A DNA stretch of 64,000 nucleotides. Source: Occultella glacieicola. Lineage in GTDB: Bacteria; Actinomycetota; Actinomycetes; Actinomycetales; Beutenbergiaceae. Where the stretch lies: the NCBI RefSeq assembly GCF_004353825.1, contig NZ_SMNA01000003.1:434001-498000 (forward strand). The letters are read 5' to 3'. Of this stretch, positions 42,625 through 54,700 are shown piece by piece. Under the pieces are notes generated by a model. It made no database searches and was not told where the DNA came from. It saw only the letters and a program-made list of their open reading frames with translations. A program made the position numbers and the translations under genes. Within the stretch, counting starts at the first letter, position 1. Each line of letters opens with the position of its first letter.

Positions 42625-43454
42625 AGCGCCTCGCTCAGGTCGCCGCCACGACGCTTCATCACGAACATGGCTCCGCCGAGCGCCGCGATCGTCCAGAGGG
42701 TGACGGCGACCCAGGTGCCGAGGTCACCGGCGGTGAGGTCGTAGATGACGGCACGGAACAGGCCCACGAACTGCGACAGCGGACTGAATTCGACGATCGC
42801 TCGCAGGGGAATGCCGTTCCACGACTCGGGCACGATGTCGGGGTTATAGATGATCGGCGTCAGGTAGAAGAGAAGTTGCAATGCGACCGAAACGAGATGG
42901 GCGAGATCACGATAGTAGACGTTCATCACGGCGACAATGGTCGCAACGGAGCCCGTGAATATGACGAAGAGGGCAAGGACGAACGGCACGAACAACCAGG
43001 TCCAGGACACGTTCCACAGGATGATGAGCACGATGGCGAGGATGCCGAGTTCGATGAGACTCTGGATTCCGACCGCGAGTCCGGCGCCGAGCACCGGCGC
43101 GTACGCCGGGAAGTAGATCTTCTGCAGGAGTGGGCCGCTGCCGAGGAGTGCACCCATGCCGCCGTTCACGCACGAGGCGAAGTAGGACCACAGCACCAGC
43201 CCGCAGAACAACCACACGACGAATACCCCGTCATTGCCGTTTCCCATCGGCGGCGGGACCATCCGGAATACGACAGAGAAGACCAGCGTATAGATCGCCA
43301 GCGTTGCGAGCGGGACCACCAACGACCACGCCCAGCCCAGCAGGGTGCCGTTGAACTTGGCCTTCAGGTCGCGGCGGCTGAAGTTGCTGATGAGATTCCA
43401 TTGTCGCCAGATCGGCACGGACGGCCGGATCTCACGAACGGACTCAGATGTCAC
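42621..43454 (-). CDS. wzm: Polysaccharide ABC exporter permease
   Basis: RDLKAKF.GT.LGWAW, LLQKIYFP, YYRDL, FYLTPIIY; six TMs. Confidence 0.92.
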   Translation of the reverse strand: MTSESVREIRPSVPIWRQWNLISNFSRRDLKAKFNGTLLGWAWSLVVPLATLAIYTLVFSVVFRMVPPPMGNGNDGVFVVWLFCGLVLWSYFASCVNGGMGALLGSGPLLQKIYFPAYAPVLGAGLAVGIQSLIELGILAIVLIILWNVSWTWLFVPFVLALFVIFTGSVATIVAVMNVYYRDLAHLVSVALQLLFYLTPIIYNPDIVPESWNGIPLRAIVEFSPLSQFVGLFRAVIYDLTAGDLGTWVAVTLWTIAALGGAMFVMKRRGGDLSEAL

Positions 43455-43497
43455 CGGGGCACACTACCAGCCCGACCATGGGCTCCCGGGGCCGTGA

Positions 43498-44607
<1,110 letters not shown>

Positions 44608-44640
44608 CGCAGCGGCCCGCCCACGCGTGGGCCCGGCCGT

Positions 44641-45498
44641 TCAACGGGTCGCGCGGATCTGGATCCAGGACCGCGCACGCAGGCCGGTGGCGATCGCCCA
44701 CCTGAGCGGGAAGAGATACCACGCCGCGTACTTGCGACGCAGGTACTGTTCAGCACTGCGGTGGTGGGCCCGGATCATCGCGGCCGGCCGCTCCCGCCAG
44801 GACGAGCCCTGGTCGTGAACCACCCGGGCGGTCGGCACATAGACGTTCGACCACCCGGCCCGGGCGAGCCGGTCGCCGAGGTCGACGTCCTCGAAGAACA
44901 TGAAGTAGGACTCGTCGAACCCGCCGACCTCCACGAACGCCTCGCGCCGCAGCAGCAGACAGGCTCCCGACAACCAGCCGGTCTCGTGCTCGACCCCTTG
45001 GTTGTTCTCCTGGGTCTTGAGATAGGCCTTCGTCCACGGGTTGCGGGGCCAGACGTGTACCAGCAACGCATGGCCTGCGCCGGTCCGCAGGGACGGGAGG
45101 GCTCGCGCCGAGGGATACACGGTTCCGTCCAGATTGAGCATTGCCGGACCTAACGCGCCTGCCCGGGGGTGACGCCGCGCCGCCCGGACGAGTTCATCGA
45201 GGGAGCCCGCGACCCACTGGACGTCCGGGTTGGCCAGCACCAACCACTCACCGGACGCACCCGCTGCTCCGCGGTTCGCGGCAGTCCCATAGCCGAGGTT
45301 CGCACCGGTTTCCACCACCGTTGCCCCATGATCGTCGGCCACCCGCCGGGCGATGGCCGGGTCCGCCCCGTTCTCGACGAACACGATCTCCACCGGCACG
45401 GTGCTCGCCGCGGCGAGTGTTTCCATGAAGTCCTCGAGTTCCGCGCCGGGATGGTACGTCACGCAGACGACGCGGATCTCGGGGACGTCGGCGTTCAT
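44641..45498 (-). CDS. wbbL: WbbL-like dTDP-Rha:GlcNAc-PP-polyprenol rhamnosyltransferase (GT2)
   Basis: VTYHPG, NLGYG.AAN.G, ANPDV, YPSAR, GWLSGAC, FDESYFMFFEDVDLG, AHHRSA. Confidence 0.8.
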   Translation of the reverse strand: MNADVPEIRVVCVTYHPGAELEDFMETLAAASTVPVEIVFVENGADPAIARRVADDHGATVVETGANLGYGTAANRGAAGASGEWLVLANPDVQWVAGSLDELVRAARRHPRAGALGPAMLNLDGTVYPSARALPSLRTGAGHALLVHVWPRNPWTKAYLKTQENNQGVEHETGWLSGACLLLRREAFVEVGGFDESYFMFFEDVDLGDRLARAGWSNVYVPTARVVHDQGSSWRERPAAMIRAHHRSAEQYLRRKYAAWYLFPLRWAIATGLRARSWIQIRATR

Positions 45499-46454
45499 GC
45501 GACGGTCGGGCCACCCGACGGGTCGGACGCGGCGGACGCCGTCGCCGGACGCCGCAGGTCCGGCTCGATGTAGATCGTCAGTTTCAGCGGCACCGACTGG
45601 CGCACGCGCACCTCGGCTGCGTCGATCGCTCGCGCGACCTCCTCGGCGTCATCGTCGCGATCCACCTCGACCTTCGCGGCCACGAGGACCTCGTCCGGCC
45701 CGAGGTGCAGGGTCCGCATGTGGATCACCGAGGTGATGCCGTCCCCCACCACGGCGGCCTCGATGGCGTCCTGGTGCTCGGGCAGGGCCGACTCACCCAC
45801 GAGCATCGACTTCATCTCCAGGGCGAGGAAGACCGCGATCACCACGAGCAGCAGGCCGATCGCGGCGGACCCGATCGCGTCCCAGCGGCCATCGCCGGTG
45901 ATCAGGGTCATCGAGACCCCGAACAGCCCGAACACCAGTCCGAGCAGGGCGCCGGTGTCCTCGAGCAGGATCACCGGGATCTCCGGCGACCGGGACGTCT
46001 TGACGAACTTGAAGATCGGCGTGCGCCCACGCACATGGTTGGCCTCGATCACGGCCGTGCGCAGGGCGAACGCCTCCAGGACGACCGCGATCAGCAGCAC
46101 CACGATCGGCACCCACTGCCACGCGGTGATGGGATGCGGGTCGGAGAACTTGTGCCAGGCCTCGTAGAGGGCGAACAGCCCACCGAGGGAGAACAGGATG
46201 ATCGAGACGATGAACGCATAGACGTACCGGACCCGGCCGTAGCCGAACTGGTGTACCTCGGAGGCCTTGCGCTTCGCACGCTGGCCGCCGATCAACAGCA
46301 GCGCCTGGTTGCTGGTGTCCGCCACCGAGTGGACGGACTCGGCCAACATCGAACTCGAGCCCGTCAGCAGCCAACCGACGAACTTCGCGATCGCGATCCC
46401 GAGGTTCGCGAAGAGTGCGGTGATGACTGCCTTGGTGCCCCCGCTTGCGGCCAT
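45495..46454 (-). CDS. Cation diffusion facilitator (CDF) transporter, copy 1
   Basis: ANLGIA..KF, SSSMLAESVHSVAD, FGYGRVRY, LLEDTGA, IHMRTLHLGP, IYIEPD. Confidence 0.92.
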   Translation of the reverse strand: MAASGGTKAVITALFANLGIAIAKFVGWLLTGSSSMLAESVHSVADTSNQALLLIGGQRAKRKASEVHQFGYGRVRYVYAFIVSIILFSLGGLFALYEAWHKFSDPHPITAWQWVPIVVLLIAVVLEAFALRTAVIEANHVRGRTPIFKFVKTSRSPEIPVILLEDTGALLGLVFGLFGVSMTLITGDGRWDAIGSAAIGLLLVVIAVFLALEMKSMLVGESALPEHQDAIEAAVVGDGITSVIHMRTLHLGPDEVLVAAKVEVDRDDDAEEVARAIDAAEVRVRQSVPLKLTIYIEPDLRRPATASAASDPSGGPTVA

Positions 46455-46549
46455 GTGTGTCCGTCCCGATCGTTCGTCGTGCACTGCCGCGACGAATGCT
46501 ACCCAATGCCGCAGGTCCCCCAGCGTGGCTGCGTCGGCCGGTCGGGGTC

Positions 46550-47476
46550 TCAGTCGTCGGCGGCGAGACGATGCCGCAGGTCCGCCTCGAGGTAGATCTG
46601 CACCTCGAGCGGCACGGTTGCCCGAATCCGTGCCTCCGCCCCATCGATGGCGGTGGCCACGGCACGGGCATCCGCGTCGGGCGCCACCTCGACCTTCGCG
46701 GCCACCAGGAGCTCCTCGGGTCCCAGGTGCAGCGTGCGCATGTGGATGACCGAGAGCACCCCGGGCCCGGGAATGGCCGCCTCGATCGCGGCCTGGTGCT
46801 CCGGCAACGCGGACTCGCCCAGGAGCAGCGAGCTCATCTCGATCGCGAGGAACACCGCGATGGACACCAGGAGCAGGCCGATCGCCGCGGACCCGATCGC
46901 GTCCCAGCGCCCGTCTCCGGTTGCCAGGGTCATGCCCACCCCGAACAGCGCGAAGACCAGCCCGATCAGCGCACCGAAGTCCTCCAGCAGGATCACCGGT
47001 AGTTCGGGCGCGCGTGACTGGCGCACGAACGCGGTCAGGCCCGTGCTGCCCCTGGCATGGTTGGCCTCGCGGACCGCGGTACGGAAGGAGAGTCCCTCCA
47101 TGACGAGGCCCAGCACCAGGACCGCCACGGGCACCCACCGCCACTCCTCGATCGGGTGCGGGTCGGAGAACTTGTGCCACGCCTCGTACAACGCGAAGCA
47201 CCCACCGAGGCTGAACAGGACGATCGAGACGAGGAACGCGTAGACGTAGCGGACCCGGCCGTAGCCGAACTGATGCACGGCCGAGGCTGCCCGCCGGGAC
47301 CGTCGGCCGCCGATCAGCAGGAGCGCCTGGTTGCCCGAGTCGGCCACCGAGTGCACGCCCTCGGCGAGCATCGAACTCGAACCGGTCAGCGCGTACGCCA
47401 CGAACTTGGTGACGGCGATCCCGAGGTTCGCCGACAGTGCGGCCACGACGGCCTTCGTGCCACTACCCGTGGACAT
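46550..47476 (-). CDS. CDF transporter, copy 2 (tandem paralog)
   Basis: Same motifs (MLAEGVHSVAD, LLEDFGA, IHMRTLHLGP) and long identical stretches with copy 1. Confidence 0.92.
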   Translation of the reverse strand: MSTGSGTKAVVAALSANLGIAVTKFVAYALTGSSSMLAEGVHSVADSGNQALLLIGGRRSRRAASAVHQFGYGRVRYVYAFLVSIVLFSLGGCFALYEAWHKFSDPHPIEEWRWVPVAVLVLGLVMEGLSFRTAVREANHARGSTGLTAFVRQSRAPELPVILLEDFGALIGLVFALFGVGMTLATGDGRWDAIGSAAIGLLLVSIAVFLAIEMSSLLLGESALPEHQAAIEAAIPGPGVLSVIHMRTLHLGPEELLVAAKVEVAPDADARAVATAIDGAEARIRATVPLEVQIYLEADLRHRLAADD

Positions 47477-47515
47477 CTTCGCCTCTTCCCGCCCACCCGC
47501 CGCGGTGGAACGTCC

Positions 47516-47725
47516 TCAGACCTTCCGGGCCTCGTGGACCAACAGCACGGGCACGCCGCCGCGGACCGGGTAGGCCAGCCGGGGCGACCCACCGGTGTTG
47601 ACCAGCTCCGGCTCGCCGTCGGGGCCGACACCGTCCACCAGTTCGGTCCCGGTGAGCGGGCAGCGCACGATCGCCCGCAGCCATTCCTCGATCGGCACCG
47701 TGACGCCGGGTCGGGGCTCAGTCAT
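47516..47725 (-). CDS. Trm112-like small protein
   Basis: LRAIVRCP...L and LAYPVRGGVPVLLVHEAR. Confidence 0.85.
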   Translation of the reverse strand: MTEPRPGVTVPIEEWLRAIVRCPLTGTELVDGVGPDGEPELVNTGGSPRLAYPVRGGVPVLLVHEARKV

Positions 47726-49193
47726 GGGTGACCTCCTCTCCCTCGCGGACGAGTGCGAGCACGCCGTCACGGATCTTGATCATGATGTCCGAGTCCTGGG
47801 CCTCGACGTTCAGCCGCAGCAGCGGTTCGGTGTTGGAGCTGCGCAGGTTGAACCACCACCGTGGGGTCTGGTCCCAGTGGGTGAAGGTGAGCCCGTCGAA
47901 CTCCTCCACGGTGACGACACCGGCGTCGATGTCGTCGGAGAACGCCTGCCGCACCCGCTCGCGGGCCGCGTCCACGTCGGCCACGCGCGAGTTGATCTCC
48001 CCCGAGGCGGAGTACGGGGTGTAGATCTCGGAGAGCGCGGAGAGCGGGATATCGGCCGTGCCGAGGGCCTGGAGCACGTGCATGGCGGCGAGCATGCCGG
48101 TGTCGGCGAACCAGAAGTCCCGGAAGTAGTAGTGGGCGCTGTGCTCGCCGCCGAACACGGCATCCTCGGCGGCCATCTGCGCCTTGATGAAGGAGTGCCC
48201 CACCCGGGTCCGCACGGCACGGCCGCCTGATCCCTCCACGAGCTCGGGTACCGCTCGGGAGGTGATCAGGTTGTGGATGATGGTGGCGGTCCGGCCGGCC
48301 GCCTTCTCCTTCTCCAGTTCCCGCAGGCCCACCAGGGCCGTGATCGCGGACGGGTTCACGGCCACGCCACGTTCGTCGACCACGAAGCACCGGTCCGCGT
48401 CGCCGTCGAACGCCAACCCGATGTCCGCCTCCTCGGCGACGACGGCGGTCTGCAGGTCGATCAGGTTCTTCGGCTCGAGCGGGTTCGCCTCGTGGTTGGG
48501 GAACGTACCGTCGAGCTCGAAGTACATCGGCACCAGGGTCAGTCCGAGGTCCGCAAGGCCGGCATCGGTGCCGAGCACGGCGCCCGCGGTGAGTCCGGCC
48601 ATGCCGTTGCCGGCGTCGATGACGACCTTCATCGGGCGCACCCCGTCCAGCGACACCAGCGAGCGCAGGTGGCCGGCGTAGTCGGGTAGCAGGTCCCGCT
48701 CGGACAGCGTGCCCGCCGGCTCGGCGGCGGGAATGCCTTCGGCGAGGTAGGCGGCGGCGAGCGCATGCACGTCGGCCAGCCCCGTATCACGCCCGACCGG
48801 CCGGGCACCCGCGTGGCACATCTTGATGCCGTTGTACTGGGCCGGATTGTGGCTGGCGGTGAACATCGCACCGGGCAGGTCGAGGCTGCCGGAGGCGAAG
48901 TAGAGTCCGTCGGTGGACGCGAGACCGATGTCGGTGACGTCCACGCCACGCCAGGTGACGCCGTCGGCGAAGGCGACCACCAACTCCGGTGAGGACGCCC
49001 GCATGTCGTGGCCGATCACGACGGCGGACTTGTGCGCCGGGGTGGCGACCACGTCCGCGAAGGCGGCGCCGAGGGCGCGAGCGACGTCCGCGTCGAGTTC
49101 GCCGGGAACGAGGCCGCGAATGTCATAGGCCTTGACGATGGCGTCGAGACGCTCGGAGTCGCGAGGATCACGCGGCTCGGGAAGATCATTCAC
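47718..49193 (-). CDS. manB: Phosphomannomutase/phosphoglucomutase
   Basis: KAYDIRG, TASHNP, FDGDADR, GGEHSAHYYF, LRSSNTEPLLRLNVE. Confidence 0.93.
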   Translation of the reverse strand: MNDLPEPRDPRDSERLDAIVKAYDIRGLVPGELDADVARALGAAFADVVATPAHKSAVVIGHDMRASSPELVVAFADGVTWRGVDVTDIGLASTDGLYFASGSLDLPGAMFTASHNPAQYNGIKMCHAGARPVGRDTGLADVHALAAAYLAEGIPAAEPAGTLSERDLLPDYAGHLRSLVSLDGVRPMKVVIDAGNGMAGLTAGAVLGTDAGLADLGLTLVPMYFELDGTFPNHEANPLEPKNLIDLQTAVVAEEADIGLAFDGDADRCFVVDERGVAVNPSAITALVGLRELEKEKAAGRTATIIHNLITSRAVPELVEGSGGRAVRTRVGHSFIKAQMAAEDAVFGGEHSAHYYFRDFWFADTGMLAAMHVLQALGTADIPLSALSEIYTPYSASGEINSRVADVDAARERVRQAFSDDIDAGVVTVEEFDGLTFTHWDQTPRWWFNLRSSNTEPLLRLNVEAQDSDIMIKIRDGVLALVREGEEVTHD

Positions 49194-49216
49194 GAGAGGG
49201 GAGCCTACCCGCCGGC

Positions 49217-49618
49217 TCACTCGCCGTCGTCGCGGACGACGCGCAGGTGGCCGCGGCGGCCCGCCTGCGGGGTCGGGCGGACCTGCGTCACCGGCGCCGG
49301 CGCGGCGAACTGTCCGCGGGCCGCCGGCACGGAGGGGGGTGGCGTGGCGCGGGATGCCTCCCGGACGGCGTCGGCGAGCGCGAGGAGGTCGTCCGAGCTC
49401 GGCGGTGCCGGCTCGAACTCGGTCGCCAGTCGCACCACATCCCAGCCACGCGGCACGGTCAACCGCTCGGCGTGCGCGGCGCACAGGTCATAGGTGTGCG
49501 GTTCGGCGTGGGTGGCGAGCGGGCCGAGCACGGCCGTGGAGTCGGAGTACACGTACGTGAGCGTCGCCACGGCGGGCGCCGTGCACGCGGAACGGGTGCA
49601 GCCTCGGGTCGCTCTCAC
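49217..49618 (-). CDS. DUF3499-family protein
   Basis: C..SAC...AVATLTYVYSDSTAVLGPLA, YDLCAAHA, DDLLALADAVRE, RRGHLRVV. Confidence 0.88.
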   Translation of the reverse strand: MRATRGCTRSACTAPAVATLTYVYSDSTAVLGPLATHAEPHTYDLCAAHAERLTVPRGWDVVRLATEFEPAPPSSDDLLALADAVREASRATPPPSVPAARGQFAAPAPVTQVRPTPQAGRRGHLRVVRDDGE

Positions 49619-49691
49619 GAGATGAGAGGCTACCCCCTCCCCCCGGTGTCCTCGACGATCCCACGCCGCCCGGGTCTGGCACCCTGGGGAC

Positions 49692-50171
49692 ATGAGCCAG
49701 GAACCGTCCACTCCGCCGGCGAGCGACCTCAGTCGTGTGGTGTTGCCGTCCCGTCGTGGCTCCACCCGCCGGGACCGGCGTGGCCGCGGGCTCCGGGGGC
49801 CGGTGCTGCCGCCGACGCTGCCCGGCTGGCGCACACGCGCCGAGCGGTTCGACGAGACCCTGCTCGCCACCGTCGAACGGTTGGAGAAGCATCTGGGCTC
49901 CGAACTCGACGGCGTCGAGTTCGCCGTCGAGGAGGTGCCCCCGTCCGCCCCGGCGCCGTGGGAGACCGGCGCCGTCCCCTTGGGGCGGTACTTCCCGGCC
50001 GACCCCGCGGCCGGCCTCAGCCACCGGATCGTCGTCTACCGGCGGCCGGTGGTCGGTCGGTCAGCGGACGCCGACGACGTCACGGCCCTGGTCCGCGACG
50101 TCCTGGTGGAGCAACTCGCACAGATGCTCGGGCGCGACCCCGAGGACATCGATCCGACCTACCGGGACTGA
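49692..50171 (+). CDS. Zincin-like (Rv3259-type) protein lacking HExxH
   Basis: RRDRRGRGLRGP, FAVEEVP, RIVVYRRP, VLVEQLA..LG..PEDIDP.Y. Confidence 0.85.
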   Translation: MSQEPSTPPASDLSRVVLPSRRGSTRRDRRGRGLRGPVLPPTLPGWRTRAERFDETLLATVERLEKHLGSELDGVEFAVEEVPPSAPAPWETGAVPLGRYFPADPAAGLSHRIVVYRRPVVGRSADADDVTALVRDVLVEQLAQMLGRDPEDIDPTYRD

Positions 50172-50189
50172 GGTTCCGCGCGTTCCGGC

Positions 50190-51743
50190 TCAGGGACCGA
50201 GCCGCACCGCGACGCTCTGCTCCTCGTCGGCATCCGGGGTGAGGGGGATCATGGTGAGGAGTTCACCGTCGGCGGCCTGCGCGGTCAGCGCGGCGGTGGC
50301 GAGGACCGCGGTGCCGCTCACTTCGACGGCGACGGCGTCGGCCAGGTCGATCCGGTCGGTGACGCCCGTGCTGGTCCCGGCCTCGAGGTCGATCTCGACG
50401 GGGTCGCCGGTCCGGCCGGCGGCGTTCACGGTGCGCAGCGTGACCGTCTGGGGCTCGTCCAGCGGGTTCGTGAGGGCCACGCCGGCCTCATCCACCACCG
50501 AACCGAGCCCGGGAAGGGTGAGCATCCCGTGGTCGACCGCGGTCCGCGCCGGCACCCAGGCCCGGTCCAGCACCGGCTGGTCCGGGTCGAGCTCGCCGGC
50601 AACACCGAGCCGGGTGATCATGGCGGCGCCCGTGACCGGCTGGTCGGCGCGCACCCGCACCGTCCAGGACCCGGCGGGTATCCCCGCCAGCGACACGTCG
50701 ACGACCGATCCCGCCTCGAGGATCATGTCCTCGGTGCCGGCGAGGACCTCCTCGCCGTCGGCCCCGAGCAGGGACACCGTGGCCGTGGTGGGCGACTCAT
50801 TGGGATTCGCGAGCCGGACCACGGACGGCTCCGGTGCCGTGGGGTCCGCCTCCGGCAGTGGCACCGGGCCGATGGTCAGGTCCGGGCCGGGGTCGGCCGA
50901 GGCCGTCACCACATCGGTACCCGCGGGCACCACGCCGTTGAGCGCGCTGTCCTGGATCTCGGCGGTCAGCCGCCCGCCGTCGGCGGTGACCCGGACCGCC
51001 ATCCGCGGTTCGAGGGACAGGGACTCGAGCAGGATCGACTCGGCGGCGCCGGGCCCCACGAGGATGGGGTTGCCCGCGCTGACCTGACCGGCCGCCCCCC
51101 AGATGTCCACGCTCGCAGCGACCGGGGTGTCTCCTGGGTTCGTCAGCGTCAGCCGGGCGCTCGAGCCGAGTTCGGTCGCCCCGCCCACCAGCCAGATGCT
51201 GGAGGAGGGCGCCTGGCACTCGGATGCCGTCAGGCCGCGCAGGTCGCCGCTGTCGAGCCTGGCCGCCGATGCGCCGGCCGCGAGCGCGGTGGCGGTCCCA
51301 TCCGGTTCGGCGCGGAGCACGGCCGGCCCGCTCGGGTCGCTCTGGCTCAGGTAGCGGACGTCCCCGGTGGCCGGCACCTCGATCGGGTCGGCGCCGATGG
51401 CCGACCAGGTCGCGGCAGGCGCCTCACGGCCGTCACGACCCAGCACCACGGCCTCCGCCACGGCGGCGAGCTCCACGCCACCGGAGCCGAACTCGTCGTC
51501 GTAGTCGATGTCCGCGCCGTCATCGGTGGCCAGGCGTGGGGGGCCGGAGCAGACCAGCGACAGCGGGCCGGCGCCGACGTCGATCTCCGGAGGCGGGACG
51601 GTCGTGACCTCCGGCGGTGGGGAGAGAGTCGCCGCGCCGACCACCACCCCGGTGAGGCCGAGCACGATCAGGCCGGTGGTCGCGGCGCCCACCCCACGGG
51701 CCACGGCCCGAAGGCGCGGGTTGAGACGAGGCGTCGACGGCAT
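50190..51743 (-). CDS. DUF5719-family membrane-anchored extracellular protein
   Basis: N-terminal TM, LVCSGP, GDLRGL...C, WLVGGAT..G, two L.NP repeats; TGATG coupling to the upstream GT2. Confidence 0.8.
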   Translation of the reverse strand: MPSTPRLNPRLRAVARGVGAATTGLIVLGLTGVVVGAATLSPPPEVTTVPPPEIDVGAGPLSLVCSGPPRLATDDGADIDYDDEFGSGGVELAAVAEAVVLGRDGREAPAATWSAIGADPIEVPATGDVRYLSQSDPSGPAVLRAEPDGTATALAAGASAARLDSGDLRGLTASECQAPSSSIWLVGGATELGSSARLTLTNPGDTPVAASVDIWGAAGQVSAGNPILVGPGAAESILLESLSLEPRMAVRVTADGGRLTAEIQDSALNGVVPAGTDVVTASADPGPDLTIGPVPLPEADPTAPEPSVVRLANPNESPTTATVSLLGADGEEVLAGTEDMILEAGSVVDVSLAGIPAGSWTVRVRADQPVTGAAMITRLGVAGELDPDQPVLDRAWVPARTAVDHGMLTLPGLGSVVDEAGVALTNPLDEPQTVTLRTVNAAGRTGDPVEIDLEAGTSTGVTDRIDLADAVAVEVSGTAVLATAALTAQAADGELLTMIPLTPDADEEQSVAVRLGP

Positions 51744-54700
51744 CAGGTGTCCTCCAGCCGGCGGCGCCGGGTCGGCAGCGCGAGCAGCACGGTGAGCGTG
51801 AGGATCACGATGGTGACCACCCGCCAGGGCGCGTGCAGCGCGGGTTCGTAGCGTGCCTCGATGGTCCCGACGGCGCCGTCCGGGATGCTGAACGCCTGCC
51901 GCCAGTCCACCTCGACGGACCGCAGCGGTTGTCCGCCGATCCAGGCCCGCCAGGCCGGGTCGGCCCGTTCCGCGAGGATGAGGGTCCGGCCCGTCCCGGT
52001 CACCGGGATCCGTCCCTCTGCGGTGACGCCGGAGGAGGGCACGGTGACCGGCGCCGTCCCGGCGTCGTCGACCACCTGGGCCCGGCCGACCGAGGTGTCG
52101 GTGCTGCCCTCGCCGAGATTGACGCGCCAGATCACGCCGCTGTCGTTCTCGGTCACCCGGTCCAGACCGAGAACCGAGTCCAGCAACGCCACCAGCCGGC
52201 CGCGTTCGGTGGGGTCGGCGAGGACGCCGCTGGCGTTCGCCTCCGCGGACGGCACGACCACGACCGCGACGGCGTGGGTCGCCAGGGCGGCGGCTGCGTC
52301 CGTCGCGGAGCCGGATGCGAGAGCGGCGACGAGCTCGGCCAGGTCGGCGTCCGCGGCGTCCAGGACCTCCGGGTCGGCCGGGTCGGTGGCCGACTCGACC
52401 CGCACCAGGCCCGCGAGCGCGACGGCGCTCGCGGTCTCGGTCAGTTGTGGGCCGTCGCCGCGCCACAACTGGGTGTCCAGGCCGTCCGCCGTGGGGGTCA
52501 GCGCCAGGACCCGGGCGCCCTGTGGCGGCTGCTGCACCTCGATGCCGAGTGCGGGGACCGGTTCGGCGGTCCGTGCGGTGATCCGGATCAGGGCAGCGGG
52601 CTCGGTGCCGTTGCGTTCGGCCAACACCCGGGACGTCCACAGGGTCGCCGAGCACACCAGCCCGACCACCACGACGATGGTGGCCACGACCGCGGCCGGC
52701 TGGCGCCAGCCGAAGCTCACCTGCCGGAGGCTGCCCTTGAGCCCGTCGACGGCGCCGAGCGTTGCGGCGAGCAGCCCGAGCAGCACCAGGGACGTGCCCG
52801 GCCCGGCCCAGCCGTGGACCACCACGTCCCCGTCGGTGCCGGCGCCCTGGCCGATGCCGACCGGGACCCGTACCGCGACCGCCGCGGTGAGCACCCCGAC
52901 CGCCACCAGGAGCCAGGCGATCCGGATCGCCCGGGCCCGACCGGCGCCTCGGAACAGGGCGAGCACGGCCGCGGCGAGGACCGTTCCGGAGGCGATCAGC
53001 GGCACCACGGTCGCTGCCGTGCCACCCAGGAACTGCACCGCGGTCGGGGCCGCCGGCCAGCCGAGGAGCGCGAGCCACCCGGGCCCGGGATCGGAGCCGA
53101 ACGGTACCCCGGGGTCGGCGAAGATCAGGCGCCATCCCCCGTCGTCGGCGGTGGCCAGTGCGTGCGACAACAGCGGGCCGAACACCACCAGCGCGGGTAG
53201 TGCCACCAGCACGAGACGCTTCCGTCCGACGGCGAGGTTGCGCCGGCGCCCGAGTGCGAGGGCGAGCACGATGAGCGCGAGGACGCCCGCGGGCAGCAGT
53301 GCCGGTGCGCCGGCGCAGGCGATCGTGAAGGCGAGGCCGGCCGCGGCGGCCGCGCCCAGGGACCCGATGTTGGAGGTCCGGGTGACCACGGTGGCGGCCT
53401 CGGGCTCATCCTCGGCCAGGTAGCCGTCGGCGGTGTTCGAGGCGATCACGGGTGGCTCGTCAGAGTCCCAGGCACCGAGGTGGGCGCGTGCGGGTACCGG
53501 CCGTCGGACCGCGGCCGTGGACTCCTCGCTCGTCGGGTCCTCGCTGCCGTCGCCGCCGGCGTCCGAGAGCTCCGTCGGCTCCTCGGCGGATACCTCCGCG
53601 GGGTCGGCCGCCTCGGGGTCCGCCAGGGCGGCCAGCCGAGCCCGTTTCGCCTCGCCGGACATGACGCCGTCCCGGGCGCTCGAGCGTGGTGAGACCCGCT
53701 GCGCCCCGACCATCCCGGAGACGATCACGTCCCGGCGGTCCAGGCCGAGCGCCCGCATGACACCGAGGGCGACGAACGGCAGGGCGAGGTGGGCGATGAC
53801 CGCGCCCAGGCGGCCCTCACCGAGGCCCAGCAGCAGCGGCGGGCCGAGCGCCCACGCGAGCGCGGCCCAGGCCCGCAACAGCACGGCGCGGGTGGCGACG
53901 CCGGCGGCGAACCAGCCACCGAGTGCGGCGAGCGGCATGGCCGCCACGAGCAGTACCGCGATGCTGATGCGCATCGGCGTGCCGAGGGGGCCACCCGTGA
54001 GCAGCGAGAGCACACCGAGGATCCCGAGGAAGGGGTCCGGCGGGCCCGCGTGACCGTCTCCGGTGCCGATCCAGGGGGCGAGCGCCGCGTCCCAGATCTG
54101 CGCGAACGTCCCGTCCACCGGTGCCAGCGCTCCGCCGAGCAACGCGCCGGAGAAGGCCACCGGCGCCATGGTCAGCAGGCTGAGGGCGGTGACGAGCAGG
54201 AGAACCACCCCGAGGGTGAGTCGGCGGCGCAGCGCCACGGCGGCCCGCTCGGCCATCTCCAGTTCACTGGGGGCCCGGCTGGCCCGGCGCTCCGTCGCGG
54301 CCTGCAGTCGGCGGTCCCAGCGCAGCCGCACCACGTCCCACCAGGAGGCTTGCAGTGGGCGTAACCGTCGGTAGGGCAGCTTCCGGGTGGCGGAGCCACG
54401 ACGGCGGGCCGCGGAGATCGCCCGCGGGTGTGCCAGCACCCCCAGTGGCGCCAGGAATTCCTCGCCGGCCAGTTCGAGTTCCTTGGTGGCGACCCGCCAG
54501 AGCGCCCGGACCGGTGCCGCGACGATCGCGGCGAGCGCCACCAGGGGGGCCAGCACCACCGGGACCTGGGTGAGCCGCACGTGCAGGATCGCCTGCCGTC
54601 GCGCACGGTACGAGTGACGGGGCTCGGGAGCGCGTGGCTCCAGGGTGCGGGAGCCGTCCGCCTCCCGCAGGCCGAAGTATCCCGAGCGGGCGTGGCGAAC

